A stretch of 52,814 bases of DNA, counting the filler, from Catajapyx aquilonaris (Eukaryota): NCBI GenBank assembly GCA_000934665.2. It is 3 parts of 3 records of this genome, joined end to end, with 100 filler letters (N's around TTAATTAATTAA, not from the genome) between each part and the next. Parts side by side here need not be neighbours in the genome. Positions count along the whole stretch, not along the records: positions 35,176 to 52,814 come from JYFJ02006932.1; 2 more parts are not named here. One strand, given 5' to 3'. Under the pieces are notes generated by a model. That model made no database searches and had not been told where the DNA came from. It saw only the letters and a list, made by a program, of their open reading frames with translations. Both the position numbers and the translations under genes were made by a program. Shown piece after piece: positions 48,101 to 52,814 of this stretch. Numbering within the stretch: position 1 is the stretch's first letter; the number at the start of each line of letters is the position of its first letter.

Positions 48101-49719
48101 AAACACATTTATTGCTAGTGCAAAGTGTCTGGAATATTTTTCTGCTTTAATGATGACATCCTAGCCTGGCCAGATAAGTTTCTCTATGTTTTTAGCCATA
48201 AAATGTCCACAGGTGTTGAAGTAGGATACTGTTCTATGAACTGGAGTGGGATGGTCAGATAATTATGCGGAGGAGTCGGATAATCAGGGTTCTCTTGTAA
48301 TTTGTTAATTTTTGTCAGCAGTGAATTGCAAGTGCCATCCACCTGGATTAATTTCAATTAGCTTGGTGCTCCCCACCCGCAGTCAGCATTACATTGATGA
48401 ATTTTCTCTGGGCAGGTGAGTGCCATTGCAGTTACTGCAGATGGGAAGCGAGTGATTAGTGGAGGCAGGGAAGGAGTTGTGCGTGTGTGGAAGATTACCT
48501 CTCAGCTACAGACCTTGATTTCGAGCCTTAGTGAGCACAAGGGAGCTGTCACCTCCATTCATGTTCGATCCAATGACGCTGAATGTGTGACTTCTAGCAC
48601 TGACGGAAGCTGCATTATCTGGGACCTCCAGTGAGTATGGTGTATTGAAGTTCAGCCCATTTTGTTTCAGTGCAGTTTGTTAGGCATATTGGAAATATTT
48701 CATTTCTTATTAATATACAGTATGCACAATTTATATGGGGGAATATAAACATCTCCCCTGAAATTGCTCAATATTAAATCAATATTTAGCTGGCACTTTG
48801 AAACAGATATCATGCAATTGCTTTTCTTGTAAAATCTTGGGGAAAGTAAATACAATATGTATAACGTGAAGATTTACTAAGTACAATGCATTGGTTTTAC
48901 ATTTTTATAATATGCTATTATAATTATTCATTTTGTTACAGCATAATAATGGGCTTATTCTTTTGATAAACTCCTCCAGTCTTATTCTTGCATTCATACT
49001 ATAGCCTACATTGTGATAGATATGTTAGTGTCACTGTGCACCTTATCAATGCTTTTTTGTTACTCTTTCAACAACCTGTTCCACTATTTTAAAAATATTA
49101 TCTTGAAATACAATAATATGAAGTAGAAATTGCCTACTGTCTTGTGACCCGCAACAGAATATTTTTTGACTTGACGCAAAATGATGTAGGCACATATTTT
49201 TACTTCTTCTTTCTTGCAAACTGCACTGATTTGGGGATAACTATACAGACCAATCCACTCAACACATATTTCATTCTGCCACCTTTATTCTTATGCAGGC
49301 GTTTTGTGAGATCCCAGATTATGTTTGCGAATACACTCTTCATGGGTGTTCGCTACCATCCATCTGAGTGCCAGGTTGTAACCTGTGGAACTGACCGCAA
49401 GCTGAGCTATTGGGAGACATTGGACGGATCTCTGGTGCGAGAATTAATGGGATCTGATTCAGCTTTGAATGTCATTGATGTTACCTCGGATGGTCGTTGC
49501 ATTGTCACTGGTGGTGAGGACCGTACCGTACGTATTTGGAGGTATTCTGAAGGAGACGTGATGCATGAGGGCTTTGGACATAGCAGTTCTGTCACTTCAA
49601 TTGCTATAAGCCCTGATACCAAGTTCATACTCACTGGGAGTGAAGACGGGGCGATCTTCTGTTGGCAACTCCCAGGTGTGGCGACCAGGGCAAAACCTGT
49701 ACTGAAGAAGTACTACTAG
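36427..49719 (+). CDS. CFAP52: Cilia- and flagella-associated protein 52 (WDR16), WD40 repeat; 7 coding exons, 685 aa
   Basis: Exons 36427-36478, 40413-40612, 42551-42909, 44187-44679, 47394-47711, 48416-48630, 49299-49719. All introns GT-AG and phase-consistent; total 2058 nt. Motifs LELVSTIGFEG, HPD..YPLG, ASGQMNHMGF, SLGGQDDG, FATCSKEDVRIW, ELLRITVPN, CGTDRKLSYWETLDGSLVREL. Confidence 0.93.
36637..37303. mobile_element. Nested degenerate MITEs in CFAP52 intron 1
   Basis: Inner inverted repeat aatgaacctcccttagttt / aaactagggaggttcatt; outer gggcca..gcacaag / cttgcac..tggccc. Confidence 0.45.
38841..38879. repeat. (CT)n microsatellite
   Basis: Direct reading. Confidence 0.95.
39163..39196. 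repeat. (CAT)n microsatellite after AATAAA, possibly a LINE 3' tail
   Basis: gggtaataaa(cat)n. Confidence 0.85.
39338..40079. mobile_element. hAT-like non-autonomous element
   Basis: TIR CAGAGGTTGGCA / TGCCCACCTTTG; subterminal agcta/tagct repeats; imperfect TSD atgccacca / atcccaccc. Confidence 0.62.
40413..40612 (+). CDS. CFAP52: CFAP52 coding exon 2
   Basis: ttttcag|GA AAA GTG...HMGFH|GTGAGG. Confidence 0.92.
40646..40808. mobile_element. Small Tc1/mariner MITE
   Basis: TAcagggtgat..ctaggaaaccaaaatattc / gaatattttggtttcctagagagaatca, ~50-bp TIRs. Confidence 0.75.
40825..41905. mobile_element. Tc1/mariner-derived non-autonomous element with long TIRs, copy 1 (contains SINE)
   Basis: TA-flanked ends (..accaccctgTA); inverted arms >100 bp; remnants of SPDLTP and FxDExTF transposase motifs; homologous to 44920-45641. 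Confidence 0.82.
40952..41302 (-). mobile_element. tRNA-derived SINE, family A, copy 2 (inserted in a mariner MITE)
   Basis: Same body (ccccaggaggttaggttgccagacacct...tttcactcagcaagcc); 16-bp TSD gattgtRccatagttt at 40936-40951 and 41303-41318. Confidence 0.88.
41939..42170 (+). mobile_element. Degenerate tRNA-derived SINE
   Basis: A box TGGTGTAGTGG and B box GTTCGACCC with an internally shortened tRNA head; 3' end approximate. Confidence 0.5.
42551..42909 (+). CDS. CFAP52: CFAP52 coding exon 3
   Basis: ctgtag|APVIIWDW...IRRYV AG|GTGAGT. Confidence 0.92.
42958..43354. mobile_element. MITE with ~78-bp TIRs
   Basis: tctgaattccaagtaaagta..ctgtaagttactgtagcttttcagcagcat / atgctgctgaaaagctacagtaacttacag..tactttactttggaattcaga. 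Confidence 0.8.
44187..44679 (+). CDS. CFAP52: CFAP52 coding exon 4
   Basis: gtccag|A TGT ATC (CIQFDADDKWAYCGTETGDI)...GTERSE|GTTAGT. Confidence 0.9.
44920..45641. mobile_element. Tc1/mariner-derived non-autonomous element, copy 2
   Basis: TAcagagtggtcaaaaaggaatg ... cattcttttttgaccaccctgTA; same family as 40825-41905, without the SINE. Confidence 0.85.
45753..46904. mobile_element. MITE hosting the mariner insertion
   Basis: Imperfect ~38-bp inverted repeats catcggcaataaggagaaagtgcgaata / tattcgccctttcttcttaatgccgacg flank the mariner. Confidence 0.6.
45909..46828 (+). mobile_element. Internally deleted mariner element
   Basis: ~45-bp TIRs TAtgagggccagtcaaaagaaagtgagactg / cagtctcaatttcttttgactggccttcgTA; ORF 46138-46407 retains the mariner HTH remnant VREDCHMTVYDLARMIGTSTGSVHTILH. 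Confidence 0.85.
47394..47711 (+). CDS. CFAP52: CFAP52 coding exon 5
   Basis: tttcag|VYVVEL...HNAHKTG|GTAGGT. Confidence 0.92.
47823..48299. mobile_element. pogo/Tigger-type MITE
   Basis: TAcagtagaacccccattatcc ... ggataatcagggttctcttgTA. Confidence 0.65.
48416..48630 (+). CDS. CFAP52: CFAP52 coding exon 6
   Basis: ggcag|VSAIAVT...CIIWDL CA|GTGAGT. Confidence 0.92.
49299..49719 (+). CDS. CFAP52: CFAP52 coding exon 7 (terminal)
   Basis: atgcag|G CGT TTT (RFVRSQIMFANTLF)...GAIFCWQLP...stop. Confidence 0.92.
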
Positions 49720-50453
49720 TAAGATAACCAGCTCACACATTTAAAAAAAAGTTCTACACCATGAGTACAAGTTTTAGAATCTGTACAATTCCTTGTGTTT
49801 GGTCTGTCCCAGACAAAAAAAAAACTTGATTAAAAATATGATCCATCTTTATAAGCACGAATAATGACTTGGGTTCCTTCTCATAGATTATGCGAAAATA
49901 TTAGCCTACATGGAGAATGATCAGACTCACACTAGTAAAGTGATTTCCAGGTATGAAGATGTAAAGTTCAAGATTGTGTTATCCTTAAGTCCTTGCTTAC
50001 TCTATCCCAATAGATTGTGTTTCATAATAGTTCTTACATCCATATCTGCAGAATTGTTGCATACTCTCACAAGTCCTGTCAGCATTATGGAAAGGTTGGA
50101 AAGGGGGAGAGGAATAACAGAGGGAATTGCTGAGGGGCTCCACATGGAAGGTGCATGTTTGGATCTTCTGACCAAATAAAATTCGGTGCATTCAGGAATA
50201 CCAACATTATGCAGGAATATCCATGTATATCAATGAATAACAATGTATGATAAATTATAAAATGCACGTCAAACAAAAAATCTGCATCACATACTTTAAA
50301 GCTTCAGTAAGGATTGTAATTGGTCCTACTGAATGCGAAATTACGTATCTTGGCTTTCTACCAATGCCCATGTTTTGCTTGTATATGTTCTGTTAACCTC
50401 TGAAAGACCTGCAAATGTGATACACTAAAGCTTGATGAGTATTTTGGTATTGT

Positions 50454-50726
50454 TTGTTCGTTTTGTTTTGTTTTTTATACCCCATTGGGAAAATCGGCGC
50501 TCCATTAGGGGGGTGGAAGACCACCATTGGATGGGGCTAAGGATAGGGAAGGAAGGAAGCGACTGTGGCCTATTATACGGAAGCGACCCCGGAATTATCC
50601 TGGGGGGGGGGGCGTGGAAAACCACAGAAAACCACGTACAGTCAGGATCGCCGGCCTCAGGAATCGAACCCAGGATCTCCCGATTAGCAGTCTGGATCCT
50701 TAACCCCTACACCAACCTGCTTAGGT
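50454..50726 (-). mobile_element. tRNA-derived SINE
   Basis: ttggtgtaggggttaaggatccagactgctaatc...GGTTCGATTCC head; (AAAAC)n-like tail; ~16-bp TSD agtatKttggtatWgt at 50438-50453 and 50727-50742. Confidence 0.8.
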
Positions 50727-51129
50727 AGTATGTTGGTATAGTAATTGGCACAAAAAAATGTCAGTCATATTTTAGAGTTGAAAAATTTCATCACAGACCT
50801 CTGATGCTCCTTTTTCACCATATACCAATGCCTCACTCTTTCAGGCAAGTCCATAGGAATAGTTCCATAAAATCAGATCCTCTTGACAGAACTCCATGCC
50901 ATGTAGCCTACTTGCCACACAACTGGAAATTTTAATATCACCACCCTGTTTCCAGCTTTGGACAGTTAACTATACTGCCCCGAGAGTCAAAGTATTGACT
51001 CTCTTGCATTATAATTTTGTTTCCAAAATTTTACCGCAGACAGTAGCCTACTGACTTTTTAATGCTGAGTATTTGAACAATTTAGTGCACATGTTTAATG
51101 GGAGGTACCAGGTTGATGCCTCTATGGAT

Positions 51130-51570
51130 GCCAAGGCTGCTTTCCCAATCAGAATCATTATCGCAGAGTTCATCAAATCCACTGCGAATTTTGGCAAGAG
51201 CACTCTTAATGTGTTCTATTTTCAATTTCCTGAAATACACCAACTCTTCAATTTCCTCTGGTGTGTCAGCGTCATGTTGTTGAAGTTGCACACCCAGTGC
51301 CTCCAATTGCCCTTCGAAAGTGGCTGACCATTGCTCTCCAGCAACTGGTCAACATCATCTTGGTCAATGTTTGTTCATCCCAACATCCTTAGCCATGCGA
51401 GAGACATCATTAGTCACTTCTGAAACTTATAATCCCTACAGCATCAAGCACTGCATCAGGCCACAATATTTTTGCCAGCATCATGCATGATAGACTGTGA
51501 CACTTCTTCCCAGGGAGAACCCATGTTTGTGCCAGCCTTGAGGATATTATACAACTTCAGTAGTCCCTCA
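51130..51570 (-). mobile_element. Degenerate pogo/Tigger transposase C-terminal remnant
   Basis: Minus-strand fragments WEEVSQS.., ILWPD and IDQDDVDQLLESNGQPLS resemble Tigger1-type AWEEV..WKKLWP and DVEELLDSH..EL motifs; frameshifted. Confidence 0.6.
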
Positions 51571-51716
51571 CAGTTATATTAGACTGCATATCCTCAAAAA
51601 TCCAAGTGAAAATTGTACATAAATAATATGCCATAAAGGCTAGGTAGCAATATATTACATCCTGGTCCATTGGTTTCAAAAGTGAAGTTGTTTGGGAGGC
51701 AAATACTGCACGTGGG

Positions 51717-51784
51717 GTAGAGTAGTAGTAGTAGTAGTAGTAGTAGTAATAATAATGATGATGATAATAATAATAATACTACTA
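51717..51784. repeat. Compound (AGT)n(AAT/GAT)n microsatellite
   Basis: Direct reading. Confidence 0.9.
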
Positions 51785-52118
51785 CAGTAAAACCTGTCAA
51801 GTTAGACACCTTAATAAGTTCGCCACCTCCCTATGTTGGACATGATTTTTGGAACCGTTGGAAAAGCCTATCCCTTGCAATGTTGCTAAGTTACCTCTCT
51901 ATTTAGGAAGTTGGACACTTTTCCCCCCTCTTAAGTTGGACATGTGCAGTACAATAATGTTCACATTACTCTATACATGTATTCTGGTTTTTATCTAAAA
52001 ACCTGAGCCATGCTGAGCACTGCATACATAATTTGTGAAGCATGTGCCTTCATGTCTTCAAGTGACAATGCCAATTTATATGACAGCATTGAAATTTCTC
52101 TGATTAAACCAGTCAATT

Positions 52119-52473
52119 GGGGAGGTGTAGATGGCCGAGATGGTAACGTCTCGGCTTGCTGAGTGAAAGGCCCCAGGTTCCATCCCCGCCTGGGGAGTTC
52201 CCTTTCGCCTGCGTCAGGAGGGTCTCTGACCTGCACCTTGGGAGGTGTCTGGCAACCTAACCTCCTGGGGAACAGCACATGACCCATTATGCAGACATTG
52301 CACTTGCACCTATGTTCCCTCTACAAAAATCCCTATCCCTACCCTACATCCTCGACTCCTTGCACCGGTGATTGAAGTTAATTCAGAAGATTAAGTAAAA
52401 TGGTGGTAATCCACCCCCATGAAAGGGTCTACGACCTATGGGGTAAAAAGCGAAGAAAAAGAAAGAAAAAAAA
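52119..52473 (+). mobile_element. tRNA-derived SINE, family A, copy 3
   Basis: ggggaggtgtagatggccgagatggtaacg...ggttccatccc; A-rich tail; TSD agtcaatt at 52111-52118 and 52474-52481. Confidence 0.88.
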
Positions 52474-52814
52474 AGTCAATTGTTACCAGTTCATGAACCA
52501 AAAAGTAGGGACAGTTGTGACGTGCCCGCCCGGCTAAAGAGGGCACGACACATGGGACCAGACCCAGACACTCACCAGGCCTAGCCCCGACCCCTTTCTC
52601 CCACTCACTCCAGACAAAGGAGTCACACAGTTCCTGTATAAAACTGTTTATTGCACACTCACAATCATACCCAGCATACACACAGAACACTTACGCACAG
52701 GGCATGGGGCCCAAGGCCCCCCCAAGACACAGGACACCAGGAGGTCACCTCCAACCCAACCACCCTGTTCCCTTGCCTCTCCTCGTCTCCTCACCTTCCC
52801 TCAACATCCGCCAG

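Noticed and set aside
50640..50726. tRNA-like sequences (also near 7700-7770, 19570-19645, 41945, 52119)
   Set aside because: No intact cloverleaf, and they continue into SINE bodies, several with tails and TSDs. These are SINE heads, not tRNA genes.

Overview
Eukaryotic, probably arthropod, genomic DNA. It consists of three ~17.5 kb segments (1-17494, 17595-35075, 35176-52814) joined by artificial 100-bp spacers (44N + TTAATTAATTAA + 44N), so linkage across the gaps is unproven. Segment 1 holds a tandem array of three minus-strand MATH-BTB(-BACK) genes of the SPOP/roadkill family with intronless coding regions. Two are intact and the middle one is frameshifted by a 14-bp deletion. Their substrate-binding MATH domains are strongly divergent, while copies 1 and 2 share a near-identical C-terminal tract. 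Segment 2 holds a complete 4-exon RCC1L/WBSCR16 gene (-), head-to-head with the first two coding exons of a KIF13/Khc-73 kinesin-3 gene (+); those two exons are too short for the ORF track. Segment 3 holds a complete 7-exon CFAP52/WDR16 gene (+) with an RFX X-box and forkhead motifs upstream. The rest is rich in tRNA-derived SINEs, MITEs and remnants of Tc1/mariner, pogo/Tigger, piggyBac and hAT type, foldback repeats and microsatellites. All alignments and counts were done by eye.
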